A stretch of DNA of 58,896 nucleotides from Archaeoglobaceae archaeon (GTDB taxonomy: Archaea > Halobacteriota > Archaeoglobi > Archaeoglobales > Archaeoglobaceae). Both the position numbers and the translations under genes were made by a program. Below, in pieces: positions 19,386 through 30,662 of this stretch (within the stretch, counting starts at the first letter, position 1; every line of letters starts with the position of its first letter). The notes below the pieces were generated by a model. That model saw only the letters and a list, made by a program, of their open reading frames with translations, was not told the origin of the DNA and did not search any database. The DNA is taken from contig JAWAQR010000005.1 of NCBI GenBank assembly GCA_038893835.1, positions 1 through 58,896 on the forward strand. Direction: 5' to 3'.

Positions 19386-20081
19386 TTACTCCGCAACCTT
19401 AAAGCTGGTGCTCAGATAGATAAAAGGTGTATCCATGATTGCTATGATGAATTTTAATGCATACGATGTTATGAATATTTCAAATATTCCCTTCCATCCA
19501 AGAGTTATCAGGAATTCTGGGTTGAAGACGACAAAGAAGAGCACTGTGAAAGTGACGTTGTCTATGAACTGTGAAACCATTGTAGAAGCGTTATTTCTGA
19601 GCCACAGAAATCTACCTTTTGTCCTTTCTTTCCATTTCTGGAAAGCCCAGACATCGTGAAGTTGCGAAATCAGATAAGCCGTTAAGCTCGCAACCATCGC
19701 TGATGGCATGAATTTAAAGATGGTAATCATTGCATCGCTCACAAAATCGCTTTCGTGAGGCTCGAATAGTATTGTTATCTGCATTATAAGAGTTGCAAAT
19801 ATCATTGCAAAAAAGCCTATGAGCACAGCTTTTCTAGCTTCTTTAACACCATGACGTTCTGTGAGGATATCTGTTGCTAGGAAAGTTGAACCATAGATCA
19901 CGTTGCCCATCGCGGTTACGAGTCCAAAGACCTCTATTATCTTTGTCACCTGAATGTTTGCAATTATTATTGCAATCGCCATCCAGGCGAAAAGCCCTGC
20001 TTTTCCAAAGAATCTATAAGCAAGCGTTACACCTGAGAAACAGGTGAGTAAAAGGATAAAACCCAACAACTCGTTCAACAT
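19386..20081 (-). CDS. yhhQ: Queuosine/archaeosine precursor transporter (YhhQ/VUT family)
   Basis: [47 protein letters not shown] and DTPFIY motifs. Confidence 0.87.
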   Translation of the reverse strand: MLNELLGFILLLTCFSGVTLAYRFFGKAGLFAWMAIAIIIANIQVTKIIEVFGLVTAMGNVIYGSTFLATDILTERHGVKEARKAVLIGFFAMIFATLIMQITILFEPHESDFVSDAMITIFKFMPSAMVASLTAYLISQLHDVWAFQKWKERTKGRFLWLRNNASTMVSQFIDNVTFTVLFFVVFNPEFLITLGWKGIFEIFITSYALKFIIAIMDTPFIYLSTSFKVAE

Positions 20082-22630
20082 AACACAAACACGACACTGT
20101 TTGATGTATTTATTCTTTCCGCTTCAACTCCTTCAACGATTCTCCTAATTTCAAAATCGAACCATTCTGGTTTGAGCTTCAACTTTTCTCCGTTGAATTC
20201 GATCTCTATCTCTTGCTTTGACAACTTTAACTTCATTTCCTTATCCAGACTTTCCAACGCTTTCAGGATTTCTTTTGTCTTTTCTTTGAAAATCGGTCCT
20301 ATTAACGCATACTTTGGCTTAATTTTCACTATTTCCTCTCTCACTTCCGGAAATTCACGGGTTATTTCAACACTGGAATTCGTTGCAAAGCTGAGGTCTA
20401 AGGCATCGATGTCGAGGTTTGTGAAGATTATGATCTTCTTTAGAGGAGCGTTCAAAGCCATGCCCTTATCGTGCTTGAACTTTCTAATTGCAGAAATTAT
20501 TTCTTTCATCTCTTCTCCAGCTTTTTCAGCCTCTTCATCGATGAACTTCGCATCAACCTCAGGATACCTTTGCAAATGCACACTGCCCTGTCTGAACTTG
20601 CTCCATATTTCTTCAGTTATGAACGGTGTTATTGGTGCGAGAAGTCTGAGAATTCTGTCCAGAATGTATTCAAGAGTGAATCTTGCAGATTCCGCTTCTT
20701 TTCCGGAGTAAAGTCTTCCCTTTACGAGCTCTATATAATTATCCGCAAGATCGTACCAGACGAATCTCCTTATCGCCTTCAAAGCTTCATCGAATCTATA
20801 CTTTTCCATGTTTTCCCTAACAAATGAAATGAGTTTGTTCAACTTTGATAGAATCCACTTATCTGCTATCCGCAAGTTTTCCGAACTTCCATTTCCTATG
20901 TGCATCAAAGCAAATCTTGCAATACTCCATAATTTTTGCTGAAATCTGCTTGAAGCTATTACTTCTCTCCAGCTGAAAACTAAGTCTTCTCCAATAACAC
21001 CACTAGCAGCCCATTGGCGTAATGCGTCAGCACCGTACTTCTCAACTACTTCTTCAGGGCTTATAACGTTTCCAATGCTCTTACTCATTTTTCTTCCATC
21101 TTCTCCAAAAACGATGCCGTTTATAACTATTTCTTTCCAAGGTATCTCATTTACCAAGGCCAGAGAGCGAAGAATTGTATAGAATGCCCAGGTTCTGATT
21201 ATATCATGCCCCTGAGGACGAAGAGAAACTGGATACTCCTTCAAATCTGGCCAGCCTGCTATTACCAGTGGTGTTATGCTGGAATCCATCCATGTATCAA
21301 GTACATCTTTCTCCCCTTCAAATTCATCGCTCCCACACTCACAACTCTTCCTTGGCTTTTCTTTCGTTGGATCAACTGGAAGCCAATCCTCTTCAGCTAC
21401 CATTATTTTTCCACACTTCTTACAATACCAAACTGGGATTGGCGTAGCAAAAATTCTCTGTCTGCTGATCACCCAATCCCACTCCATTGACTCAACCCAA
21501 GTTTTCAGCCTTTCAAACATGTAATCTGGAACCCATACGATTTTCCTTGCCATTTCAAGAATTCTCTCTTTATCAACCTTTACAAACCACTGTTCAGCAG
21601 GGTAGATTTCTACTGGCGTCTTACATCTCCAGCAAACGCCAATGTTGTGCTCAATTTCTACTTGTTTAATAATTCTACCTTCTTTTCTGAAGTCTTCGAG
21701 TATTTTTTCCCTTGCCTCAGAAATCTTTAACCCCTTATACTTTCCAGCAAGCTCATTTAAAGTGCCATCCCTGTTTATCACGATTCTTAGGTCAAGTTTG
21801 TATTTTTTCCACCACTTCACATCCTGTCTGTCTCCAAAAGTGCATATCATCACAATTCCAGTACCGAAGTTCGGATCAACTGCTTCATCTGCTAAAATTT
21901 CAACTTCATGTCCAAAGATCGGAACTTTTACCTTTTTTCCAATCAAATGCAGATATCTCTCATCCCTGGGATTCACAGCCAGAGCGACACAGGCTGGAAT
22001 TAATTCTGGACGCGTTGTTGCTATTGTCACTTCTTCGGAGAACTTTATGTAGTTCAGCTTCGTCTTCCCTTTTCTATATTCGATCTCTGCTAGCGCTATC
22101 GTGGTCTCGCATCTGGGACAAATGATCACAGGATGATAGCCACGATAAATCAATCCTTTTTTGAACATCCTGATGAATGAAAGCTGCGTTTTTGAGTAAT
22201 ATTCCGGATACATTGTCACGTATTCCTTACTCCAGTCGATGCTAAAGCCAAGTCTTTTCGCCGTATTTTTCATCTTTTTTATATTTTCTTCCGTGAATTT
22301 TATACACAACTCCCTGAACTTCTCTCTATCAACTTCATTCTTTCTTAAGCCATATTTTTCTTCAACTTTCACTTCAGTCGGCAATCCATGGCAATCCCAG
22401 CCCTGTGGAAACATCACTTCGTAACCGTTCATTCTCTTGTATCTTGCTATGAAATCGATGATACACCAGTTCAGCGCATGTCCTATGTGAAAAGAACCTG
22501 TTGGGTATGGAGGGGGTGTATCGATTATGTAATGAGGTTTTTTTGAATTCCAGTCAAAATAATACATCTTCTCATCCCAGAGTTTCAGCCACTTCTCTTC
22601 CACTTCCAAGCTTTTATACTCTTTCTCCAT
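20075..22630 (-). CDS. valS: Valine-tRNA ligase
   Basis: [40 protein letters not shown] and KMSKS motifs. Confidence 0.97.
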   Translation of the reverse strand: MEKEYKSLEVEEKWLKLWDEKMYYFDWNSKKPHYIIDTPPPYPTGSFHIGHALNWCIIDFIARYKRMNGYEVMFPQGWDCHGLPTEVKVEEKYGLRKNEVDREKFRELCIKFTEENIKKMKNTAKRLGFSIDWSKEYVTMYPEYYSKTQLSFIRMFKKGLIYRGYHPVIICPRCETTIALAEIEYRKGKTKLNYIKFSEEVTIATTRPELIPACVALAVNPRDERYLHLIGKKVKVPIFGHEVEILADEAVDPNFGTGIVMICTFGDRQDVKWWKKYKLDLRIVINRDGTLNELAGKYKGLKISEAREKILEDFRKEGRIIKQVEIEHNIGVCWRCKTPVEIYPAEQWFVKVDKERILEMARKIVWVPDYMFERLKTWVESMEWDWVISRQRIFATPIPVWYCKKCGKIMVAEEDWLPVDPTKEKPRKSCECGSDEFEGEKDVLDTWMDSSITPLVIAGWPDLKEYPVSLRPQGHDIIRTWAFYTILRSLALVNEIPWKEIVINGIVFGEDGRKMSKSIGNVISPEEVVEKYGADALRQWAASGVIGEDLVFSWREVIASSRFQQKLWSIARFALMHIGNGSSENLRIADKWILSKLNKLISFVRENMEKYRFDEALKAIRRFVWYDLADNYIELVKGRLYSGKEAESARFTLEYILDRILRLLAPITPFITEEIWSKFRQGSVHLQRYPEVDAKFIDEEAEKAGEEMKEIISAIRKFKHDKGMALNAPLKKIIIFTNLDIDALDLSFATNSSVEITREFPEVREEIVKIKPKYALIGPIFKEKTKEILKALESLDKEMKLKLSKQEIEIEFNGEKLKLKPEWFDFEIRRIVEGVEAERINTSNSVVFVLC

Positions 22631-22706
22631 ATTCTTTGCCTCGATCTAGGGAATATATCCTTTGCCTTATAGTAAAAATTATCTTTTAGATAAACGGAGT
22701 CCCTTC

Positions 22707-23084
22707 ATGAGGCTCAGGTTTAGGTTTGAGAGTGCTGAATGCATCGCAGAAATTTACGCGGATCTAGCTCCAAAAACATTTGAAGCCATAAGAAAAAAAC
22801 TACCCCTGGAATCCATTGTAAGGAGATGGGGAGATGAAATATACTTTGAAACGAAAATAAGCTTTTTTGAAGAGGAGAACAGTAAAGAAATCGTCGAAAT
22901 TGGCGATGTGGCTTATTGGATTCCTGGACAGGCTATCTGTTTATTCTTTGGGAAAACTCCGATAAGCAAGGATTTCATTCGTCCAGCTAGTGCTGTTAAC
23001 GTAATCGGAAAAATCGTTAAAGGCATTGAAGGGTTGAAAAAAGTGAAAGAAGGTGAAACTGTTTTTGTGGAGGAAATAAAGTAG
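22707..23084 (+). CDS. Cyclophilin-like fold protein (DUF369/TM1367 type)
   Basis: RWGDEIYF, GDVAYWIPG, ICLFFGKTP and PASAVNVIG motifs. Confidence 0.85.
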   Translation: MRLRFRFESAECIAEIYADLAPKTFEAIRKKLPLESIVRRWGDEIYFETKISFFEEENSKEIVEIGDVAYWIPGQAICLFFGKTPISKDFIRPASAVNVIGKIVKGIEGLKKVKEGETVFVEEIK

Positions 23085-23090
23085 AAAAAT

Positions 23091-25040
23091 TTATCTTCCT
23101 TTGAATTTTGGCTTCTCTTTTCTTAAGAATGCTGAAATACCTTCCTTCAAATCTTCCGTTGCGAAGCAAATACCAGCTGCTGTGCATTCCCACTCTAAAC
23201 CAACGTCCATTGGTACTTCTCCTCCCTTGTTTATCAATCTCTTTATCAGTGCCATTGAAATCGGTGCACAGCGTTCAGCGATATCTCTTGCATACTTGAT
23301 CACTTCCTCCTCAAATTTATCGTCATCGAAGACTTTGTTTATCAATCCATACTTCTCCGCAACCTCTGCAGTGATCCTTTCACCGGTAAGAGCTAGTTGC
23401 ATCGCTCTGCTTATACCTACGAGCTTCACCATTCTCTGCGTTCCACTCCATCCAGGAATCAGTCCGAGAGTCACTTCTGGCAATCCGATGATTGCAGACT
23501 TCTTTGCAAGCCTTATATCGCAAGACATCGCAATTTCAAGTCCGCCTCCCAGCGCATAGCCATTGATAGCTGCGATTACTGGTTTTGGAATTTCACTGAG
23601 TCTTCTAAATATTCTCTCTCCCTTTCTGTTGTGTTCAAGGAAATCGAAGGGATGAGTTATTAAAGTTGTCAAATCGGCACCTGCTGAGAAAGCTCTTCCG
23701 GCTCCGGTGATAATAATGACCCTAGTTTCATTATCGTTCCAGAGCTGGGTTATGGCCTTGTCGAGTTCATCGAGCATTTCTGAGTTGATCGCGTTCAATC
23801 TATCTGGACGATTCAGAATTAATTTCGTAATCCCTCCTTCGAGTTTTTCAATTTTTATGGTCTTGAAACCTTCTTCAACCTCCTTTTTTTCCTTCTTTTC
23901 GATTAGCTCCATCAGTTTTCCAGCTTTTATGGTTTCAGCTGGCTCAAATATTTTCTTTCCGAACTGCTTTGTCAGCTCGTTGAGTCTGTTTAAAATCTGC
24001 TCTTGTCCAAGAGATTTGGCTATTTCAAATGGTCCAAAGGGTCTGTTCAGACCAAGTTTTACTGCTGTATCTATTTCCTCGGGACTTGCAACTCCCATTT
24101 CGACGAGTTTAACTGCTTCATTTATCTCTACTATCGAGAAGTCTAGCGGATTTATCTTATCTGTAGCTTTGCTCATGTCGATCTGAGGTCTTCCAGCACT
24201 CCAGTCATACCAGCCTTTTCCAGTCTTCTTTCCAAGATTATTTGCCTTTACCATTTCTTCAAGTATCTTTGGTGGCTCATATTCTGGACTGATTGCCTTT
24301 GCATAATACTTGCAGGCGTGGTAGAAGATGTCGATTCCCGTGAAATCCATTAGCTCAAATGGCCCCATGGGAAGTCCCAGTTTTCTAACAGTTGCATCGA
24401 CCTCCTCAGGAGTGGCTATCCCTTTTTCTATTATCGCCATCAACAGTGCTCCAGCTGGTGCTTGGACTCGATTGACGATGAATCCAGGAACGTCTTTCTT
24501 GACAACTATTGGGACCTTTCCTATCTTTTTAACGAACTCAACGCAGATGTTTACAGTTTCATCACTCGTCTTCTCTCCCCTTATAACTTCAACCAGCTGC
24601 ATCAGAACTGGTGGATTGAAGAAGTGCAAACCTATGAATTTATCCTCTCTCTTCGTCGCCTTTGCAAGATCTGTTATCTTCATCGTCGATGTATTGCTGG
24701 CAAAAATGCACTCTGGTTTTGCAAGTTTGTCGCATTCAGCGAAAACCTGTGTCTTTATTTCAAATATTTCCGGAACTGCCTCTATTATTATATCAGCATC
24801 TTTAACAGCTTCAGCCAGATCCAGTGTTGGCTTTATTCTCGACAGTACTGCATCAACGTCGTCAATCCTTCCCTTTTCTCGAAGCTTTATAAGGCTCTGC
24901 TTTATTCTCTCCATCCCTCTCTCGAGAAACTCCTGCTTTATATCCCTCATTGTCACTTCGTAGCCAGCCATTGCACATACTTCTGCTATGCCATGTCCCA
25001 TATCTCCTGCTCCAAGAACAGCAACTCTCTTTATTTCCAT
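23091..25040 (-). CDS. 3-hydroxyacyl-CoA dehydrogenase / enoyl-CoA hydratase fusion
   Basis: GAGDMGHGIA, ASNTS and GLHFFNP in the N-terminal half; AFSAGADL, ALGGGLE and LPEVTLGLIPG in the C-terminal crotonase half. Confidence 0.93.
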   Translation of the reverse strand: MEIKRVAVLGAGDMGHGIAEVCAMAGYEVTMRDIKQEFLERGMERIKQSLIKLREKGRIDDVDAVLSRIKPTLDLAEAVKDADIIIEAVPEIFEIKTQVFAECDKLAKPECIFASNTSTMKITDLAKATKREDKFIGLHFFNPPVLMQLVEVIRGEKTSDETVNICVEFVKKIGKVPIVVKKDVPGFIVNRVQAPAGALLMAIIEKGIATPEEVDATVRKLGLPMGPFELMDFTGIDIFYHACKYYAKAISPEYEPPKILEEMVKANNLGKKTGKGWYDWSAGRPQIDMSKATDKINPLDFSIVEINEAVKLVEMGVASPEEIDTAVKLGLNRPFGPFEIAKSLGQEQILNRLNELTKQFGKKIFEPAETIKAGKLMELIEKKEKKEVEEGFKTIKIEKLEGGITKLILNRPDRLNAINSEMLDELDKAITQLWNDNETRVIIITGAGRAFSAGADLTTLITHPFDFLEHNRKGERIFRRLSEIPKPVIAAINGYALGGGLEIAMSCDIRLAKKSAIIGLPEVTLGLIPGWSGTQRMVKLVGISRAMQLALTGERITAEVAEKYGLINKVFDDDKFEEEVIKYARDIAERCAPISMALIKRLINKGGEVPMDVGLEWECTAAGICFATEDLKEGISAFLRKEKPKFKGR

Positions 25041-25142
25041 GTGATCACCATGTAAACATCGTAAGTGAATTAAAAAGTCTTTCTATTTTTAAGTAGTCGT
25101 ATTTTAAAAGAGAACGAAAAACTATGAAATAAATTCATCGAA

Positions 25143-25865
25143 TTAGAATTTTGATAAGAAATTTTTCACATGTTCTTCAACTTTAGAGTAATCGTATGAA
25201 CAGACCGCTATATTTCCCACTGGAGTTCCTTTGAGTTTTAAGGGATTGAAGGGCTCTCTGCCATTGTAAAATACGAGGGTATCACATTTATATCTCACTC
25301 CTTCAACTTCAACCCCTTCAACCCTTTTATCCCCAATTATCTCGATTTTTTCCCCAACTTCGACAACTTCGAGAGAGTAGTTCATTTCTAACAATTGTTT
25401 TTCAGTAAATTCTATGATCTTTTCCTTCTTACAGACTAGCAAAATCCTTTCACCAATTCTTTTGTTCTCTGAAATTACTCTTAGAGCTTGATCTAATGAA
25501 TAGATTCCAGTGACCTTCTTACTCAAAACGTTCAGCTTTATTGGTAAAAAATCAGCTGCGCCAGTACAAAGTAGAGCCCTTCTAGCTTCAAACCTTTTTA
25601 GACCATTTTTTGTATTGACTATAACAGGCTTCGACTTGACAACTGTGCCGATTTCAACCGGAATAGTTTCTTTTAATTCTTCAATTTTTTTAATATAATT
25701 ATCGTATTCTTTTGCAAAGACATCTAGTTTTGAAAATACGCTCAATTCTCCCCCAACTTCACGCATGTCGAAAACCAACACTTTCAAGCCCTTTTCAATC
25801 AACTTTTTAGCACAATGTAATCCAGCATATCCAGCACCTATTACGACGTAATCTGCTGAAATCAT
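25143..25865 (-). CDS. Short FAD-dependent oxidoreductase
   Basis: VVIGAGYAG Rossmann motif, VGG and LCTGA (ATG motif); specificity unknown. Confidence 0.7.
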   Translation of the reverse strand: MISADYVVIGAGYAGLHCAKKLIEKGLKVLVFDMREVGGELSVFSKLDVFAKEYDNYIKKIEELKETIPVEIGTVVKSKPVIVNTKNGLKRFEARRALLCTGAADFLPIKLNVLSKKVTGIYSLDQALRVISENKRIGERILLVCKKEKIIEFTEKQLLEMNYSLEVVEVGEKIEIIGDKRVEGVEVEGVRYKCDTLVFYNGREPFNPLKLKGTPVGNIAVCSYDYSKVEEHVKNFLSKF

Positions 25866-25966
25866 TCCAATCCCCTGCTGCAACGATATCTCTACTCATT
25901 CTCTGTATAAAAAATTTTGTTGGAGATTTGGGTAAAAGATTTTAAATTGCAGAATCCTTTAAAAAT

Positions 25967-26515
25967 ATGCTTTTTGTGACTTCGAATGAGGGAAAATTCA
26001 GGGAGGTAAAGGAGGTTGCAAAGACATTTTCGATAGAAATTGAATGGCTAAAAAAAGAATATGAGGAACCTCAGGGAAGCTCACTAGAAGAAATTGCGAT
26101 TAAGAGCGCTAAAAATCTTGCTAGAGAAATAAATAGACCATTTTTTATAGAAGATAGCGGCCTTTTCATCGAAAGCTTGAATGGATTTCCTGGCCCATAT
26201 TCGAGCTACGTATTCAAAACGATTGGTAATGATGGAATATTGAAATTGATGGAAGGAGTTGAAAACAGAAAGGCTTACTTTAAGGCAGTCATAGCTTACT
26301 TTGATGGATCAAAAATTCTCACATTTGATGGAATAGTTTATGGGGAAATAGCTAGGGAAATGCGTGGTAAAAAAGGCTTTGGTTTCGATCCAATATTTCT
26401 ATATGGTGATAGAACCTTTGCGGAGATGGGGGAGGAAAAGAATCTCGTTTCGCACAGAAGGAGAGCACTTGAAAAGTTTTTCAAATATCTCAAGACTTCG
26501 ACTTACGAAATCTGA
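25967..26515 (+). CDS. rdgB: XTP/dITP diphosphatase (HAM1/RdgB)
   Basis: [26 protein letters not shown] and SHRRRA motifs. Confidence 0.95.
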   Translation: MLFVTSNEGKFREVKEVAKTFSIEIEWLKKEYEEPQGSSLEEIAIKSAKNLAREINRPFFIEDSGLFIESLNGFPGPYSSYVFKTIGNDGILKLMEGVENRKAYFKAVIAYFDGSKILTFDGIVYGEIAREMRGKKGFGFDPIFLYGDRTFAEMGEEKNLVSHRRRALEKFFKYLKTSTYEI

Positions 26516-27980
26516 TCATTTCGGCAAGAATTAGCAAAGCGCTACCAATCCAGACGAATGATATCATTGGTACTTTGTAGAATTCGATAACGATCAGATC
26601 TTGGGAAACAGAGTTGACTGCGAGGTAGTAATCTAGGAAGGGGGTTGAGATTATCGAGATCTTTTTAACCTGTCCCCAATTATCATAGAAGTGAATCTCG
26701 GGCTCAAAAGTTCCCACGCTGCTCAGAATTTTAACTCTAGTCGTGAACTTTTCTCCATCGAAAAAGCTATTTAAATCTATAAATTCGAAATCAACCCCAT
26801 AAGCTGAACCACTTGGGTTCAAAACAACGCTGGTCCTCTCTTCAAAAAACCAAACGGAGTTAGAGCCTATGAATAGCAATATTACTCCAAGATGTATCAG
26901 CTTTCTATTTGATTCCCTGAATTTATATAGAATTCCAAGTATTGCGAGAGAAAAGAGTGGAGTGAAAGTGATCAGATAATAACTTCTTTCAACGTTTCTA
27001 AAGAAATTAGCTACGATCCCAAGCAATACGACTAGAATCATGGCTGAAAATATTAGCGAAGAAAAGCAAAAGTCTTCAAATTTCCATCTTTTGAACAGTG
27101 GGAAAGAAAGGGTTAGAAGTATGGCCAAAAATGCGAAGCCAAAGGCATCTTGAGAGAAAGTATGAACGGAACTTAGGATCCCACTCCTAGTAACGAAGGC
27201 TGTGAAGATTACAAAAACCATTGCAAGATATGCAAAGAACTCTCTACCTTTTTTTATGTGGAAATAAGCGGTTAAAGCTAGCCAGGGTAAAAGGGAAGAA
27301 TTCTCAACCGGATCCCATCCCCAAAAACCTCCCCACCCAAGAGTTTTATATGCCCAAACTCCGCCAAGCACTATGCCAGCAGTGAGAAAGAGCCATGCAA
27401 GTCTTACAAGGTCTCTGTTTGGACTTCCAAATAGATGTGAGAAATAAACCAATGCTGTCAAAGCGTAGCCTGTGAAAACGATTGGAGGATGAATTAACAT
27501 TTCAAAACTTCTTAAAATTGGATTCATACCTATGCCATTCAGATGTTTAAATGGAAGCTCGATGAACGGATTGGAAAACAGGTTTAGGATCAGTAGCGAA
27601 GAATTTAGGGCTAAAAGATGGGCGATGATTTTTGCCTTTTTTAAGTCTTTCTTCCCATGGTTTACAAATACTGATGCGACCAGTAAATTTAGGAAATTCC
27701 AGAGTAGGAGTGATCCCTCCTTACCTGCCCATAGAGCGCAAATCTTGAACCATATAGTCATTTCTCTCTGTGAGTTCAAATAGACGTAGAGAATTGAGAA
27801 ATCATCGGTAAGGATATAATAGAGTAGCAATAAAACTGAGGCGAGGATTGATGAGAAAGAAGCGTAGAGGAATAGTTCTCCAACTTCCGCTAATTTGATT
27901 TTTCTGCTAGATAAGAAAAATAGGATGGATGAGATCATGCAGAATATAGTTGAAATCAGCAAAAGCTCAAAACCAGTCAA
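26490..27980 (-). CDS. ccmF: Cytochrome c biogenesis protein CcmF
   Basis: [29 protein letters not shown] and TRSG...SVHTF motifs. Confidence 0.93.
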   Translation of the reverse strand: MTGFELLLISTIFCMISSILFFLSSRKIKLAEVGELFLYASFSSILASVLLLLYYILTDDFSILYVYLNSQREMTIWFKICALWAGKEGSLLLWNFLNLLVASVFVNHGKKDLKKAKIIAHLLALNSSLLILNLFSNPFIELPFKHLNGIGMNPILRSFEMLIHPPIVFTGYALTALVYFSHLFGSPNRDLVRLAWLFLTAGIVLGGVWAYKTLGWGGFWGWDPVENSSLLPWLALTAYFHIKKGREFFAYLAMVFVIFTAFVTRSGILSSVHTFSQDAFGFAFLAILLTLSFPLFKRWKFEDFCFSSLIFSAMILVVLLGIVANFFRNVERSYYLITFTPLFSLAILGILYKFRESNRKLIHLGVILLFIGSNSVWFFEERTSVVLNPSGSAYGVDFEFIDLNSFFDGEKFTTRVKILSSVGTFEPEIHFYDNWGQVKKISIISTPFLDYYLAVNSVSQDLIVIEFYKVPMISFVWIGSALLILAEMIRFRKSKS

Positions 27981-28307
27981 TCAACCACCGTATTCCGTAT
28001 GGCACTTTTTTAGAACTTCTCTTACATAAAAGATCCCATCTTTCCAGTCTCCGATTGCGATTATTTCATTTGAAGTTATTTCCCCTATATAGAGAGCTTT
28101 TATCTTATTCGAATTATCTGATATGTAGAACTTTGTAAAGCCGTTTTCCAAGACAACGTTTTCAACTTTTCCACGGACTGCAACGTTGTAAGCATGATCG
28201 AGCATGATCAAATCTGAAGGTGTTAGTGCAGAAAAAGAGCTATGATAAAGAATGACCATTACGAAGGTTAGAAAGACTAGGAAGGTGATCAGGACTTTTT
28301 TTGCCAT
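27981..28307 (-). CDS. ccmE: Heme chaperone CcmE (archaeal CxxxY type)
   Basis: N-terminal TM helix, OB fold and C-terminal KCHTEY; abuts ccmF. Confidence 0.82.
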   Translation of the reverse strand: MAKKVLITFLVFLTFVMVILYHSSFSALTPSDLIMLDHAYNVAVRGKVENVVLENGFTKFYISDNSNKIKALYIGEITSNEIIAIGDWKDGIFYVREVLKKCHTEYGG

Positions 28308-28378
28308 AAAAACATTTGATTTGTCTGCTTATAAAAATTTCGTGGTATTTAAAATTTCGCAATTAAAGAAAATTTATA

Positions 28379-28394
28379 GGAAAAAGTTTAAATA
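28379..28394 (+). promoter_or_regulatory. BRE/TATA promoter of the ABC-CoA-transferase operon
   Basis: GGAAAAAG-TTTAAATA ends about 22 nt before ATG 28416, consistent with a leaderless transcript. Confidence 0.5.
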
Positions 28395-28415
28395 GGGTAG
28401 GGGTTTAGAATAATC

Positions 28416-29780
28416 ATGTTCAAGAAACATGAAATAGGAATTATTGGAATATTAATAGCGATAGTACTATTGCTAGGCTGTGCGCAACCGCCTCAAACTC
28501 CAACACCCACACCAAAGCCTGAGGAACCAATCGTGATTTGTGCTCTCTTCGATCCAAGAATTCCAGTTTTGAAAGCGGATGTTGAAGCTATAAGGGTTGC
28601 AGTTGAGGAAATAAACGCTGCTGGAGGGATTCTTGGCAGAAAAGTCGAATTCTTCCATGAAGATACACAGAGAAAGGTTGATATAGCAGTTTCTGCCTAT
28701 AGAAGTGCTGTTGCTGAGAAAAAGTGTAAATTCGTGTTCCTCGAGGGAGTTTCAGAAGAAGCGCTGGCAATAATCGAGGAAGGCTCTAAATTGTATCCGA
28801 CATATCCACATATAGTCATATCCTCTCAAGCTGCGATTGGGACTACGCTCAAGGTTATGCAGGACTATAACAAATATAAATTCTACTTCCGAAACCTCCC
28901 GCCAGATCCGGATTTGAACTACAACGTACCCAAGACACACTTTGCAATTGCAAAGGCAATAGGAGCGAAGAAAGTTGCATTGCTATTAGAAGAGGCTGCA
29001 TGGACAGAGTGTGCGAGAAAAGGTTGTACAATTGAAACAGTGTATGGAAAATTCGAAGTAAAGCCAATGAAGGATTGGGTAGCTGAGGAATTTGGACTCG
29101 AAGTTGTATACGTTGCAAACATAGCAGTTGGACAAAAGGATTTCCTGCCAATGCTTGAAGAGTCTGCAAGAAAGGGTGCAGACTTCATCTTCGTACTGTC
29201 AAGCTGGTATACTGATACAATAACGATGACAAAGCAGTGGGCTGAATCTGGGGCAAAGAACATACCATTGGCATTCTTTGGAGGACCAAATCAGTGGGGA
29301 GTATTCTACAACCTTACAGGTGGTAAAGCGCTTGGAACGATGTCCATATTCTATGACACTCCAGACGTTCCACCGGTTACTGAAAAGACAAAGGAAATGG
29401 TGAAAAAGCTGAACGCGATGGGAGTACCGGTGGACATGAGCGTCCATTACTATTATTCTGAAGTCTACAGGATAAAGCAGGCAATCGAAAAAGTTGGCAG
29501 TTTGGACATGGACAAGATAATAAAGACGATTGAAGAAATGTCCTTTGAACATACAGCTTTACCAGCTAAATATGCGTACTTTGGCTACAAGAATCCTAAC
29601 TTCCACTCCTACACTGGAGGATATGTATTAGTCGCGCAATTCCAGTGCGGAGGAAAGCCTGTATGGATAACGCCATCAGAACTGCTTAAGGAAGCTGGGT
29701 TCAATGAAGAAGTGCAGAAAGCCTCGAGTGTGAAATTCTACAAGTCTCCTGAAGAACTAAGAAAGACCTGTCCAAGCTAG
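28416..29780 (+). CDS. ABC transporter substrate-binding protein (LivK/Peripla_BP_6 family)
   Basis: Signal peptide ending LLLGC, PTPTP linker, AVEEINAAGGILGRKVE..EDT and YFR motifs. Confidence 0.88.
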   Translation: MFKKHEIGIIGILIAIVLLLGCAQPPQTPTPTPKPEEPIVICALFDPRIPVLKADVEAIRVAVEEINAAGGILGRKVEFFHEDTQRKVDIAVSAYRSAVAEKKCKFVFLEGVSEEALAIIEEGSKLYPTYPHIVISSQAAIGTTLKVMQDYNKYKFYFRNLPPDPDLNYNVPKTHFAIAKAIGAKKVALLLEEAAWTECARKGCTIETVYGKFEVKPMKDWVAEEFGLEVVYVANIAVGQKDFLPMLEESARKGADFIFVLSSWYTDTITMTKQWAESGAKNIPLAFFGGPNQWGVFYNLTGGKALGTMSIFYDTPDVPPVTEKTKEMVKKLNAMGVPVDMSVHYYYSEVYRIKQAIEKVGSLDMDKIIKTIEEMSFEHTALPAKYAYFGYKNPNFHSYTGGYVLVAQFQCGGKPVWITPSELLKEAGFNEEVQKASSVKFYKSPEELRKTCPS

Positions 29781-29789
29781 AGGTGAAGG

Positions 29790-30662
29790 ATGTTAGACAT
29801 TTTAGCCTACATTTTTTTATACACGTTTATTTTTGGTTGTCTTTTCCTCGGCACAGCCCTTGGCTTTACGATCATCACCGGCGTTCTCAGGGTTTTTCAC
29901 CTCGGCTATGGAGCAACTTTTCTGATCATAGCATATGCGACTTGGATGTTCTGGAAAGACTTTGGAGTAAATTTCATAGCCTCAATTTTTCTAAGCTTCT
30001 TGCTGCTCGCAGCGTTCACAATAGCGGTTTACAAAATCGTGATTGCGAAGTTCTTTGAGGCTGAAGATTATCTTTTGGCAGCTTTGCTGTCAATCTTCAT
30101 AATAATTGAGGAACTAGTCAATTTCGTTTACCCAGAGATCGTTGGAGTTTACTTACCAACTTCCGTAACTAGGGAGACCTTGAATATTTCAGGGGCAAGC
30201 GTTCCCGGCCAGCTGGTAGTAGTGGCAATAGTTTCGTTGGTTATAACATTCCTGTATCTACAGTTTCTGATCAGGACTAAGTTTGGGCTAATAATGAGGG
30301 CGATAAGTCAAAACGTCTTCGCTTCAAGGCTGATGGGAGTTAACTTTGACAGAATGTTCGTTTTAGCACTGATAATCGCATCGATCCCGCCAGGGATAAT
30401 AATACTGCTAATTTCTCCAGTCTGGGCCCTGAACCCATTCATAGGATGGCCCCTCTTTACTTACGCAATTCTAGCAACAGTTCTTGGAGGGCTTGGAAAT
30501 CTTAAAGGAACGATAATGGCTTCCTTCATTCTTGGCTTCGTTTTTGCTGTAACCGGATTCGTGATAAATCCCAGAATGATGCTTCTCGCAGCTTTGGTCA
30601 TCGTAATTCTCGTCTTGGTTTTCAAACCACGTGGTCTAGCGAGGGCTGAGACGATATGGTAA
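29790..30662 (+). CDS. livH: Liv-type ABC permease (LivH-like)
   Basis: GFTIITGVLRVFHLGYG, TKFGLIMRA, VLGGLG and KPRGL motifs. Confidence 0.85.
   Translation: MLDILAYIFLYTFIFGCLFLGTALGFTIITGVLRVFHLGYGATFLIIAYATWMFWKDFGVNFIASIFLSFLLLAAFTIAVYKIVIAKFFEAEDYLLAALLSIFIIIEELVNFVYPEIVGVYLPTSVTRETLNISGASVPGQLVVVAIVSLVITFLYLQFLIRTKFGLIMRAISQNVFASRLMGVNFDRMFVLALIIASIPPGIIILLISPVWALNPFIGWPLFTYAILATVLGGLGNLKGTIMASFILGFVFAVTGFVINPRMMLLAALVIVILVLVFKPRGLARAETIW

Noticed and set aside
27975-27990. ccmE TGA directly in frame with the ccmF start (selenocysteine or fusion)
   Set aside because: A GGTGG RBS precedes the TTG start, CcmE ends at its normal C-terminus, and no Cys-equivalent position is expected there.
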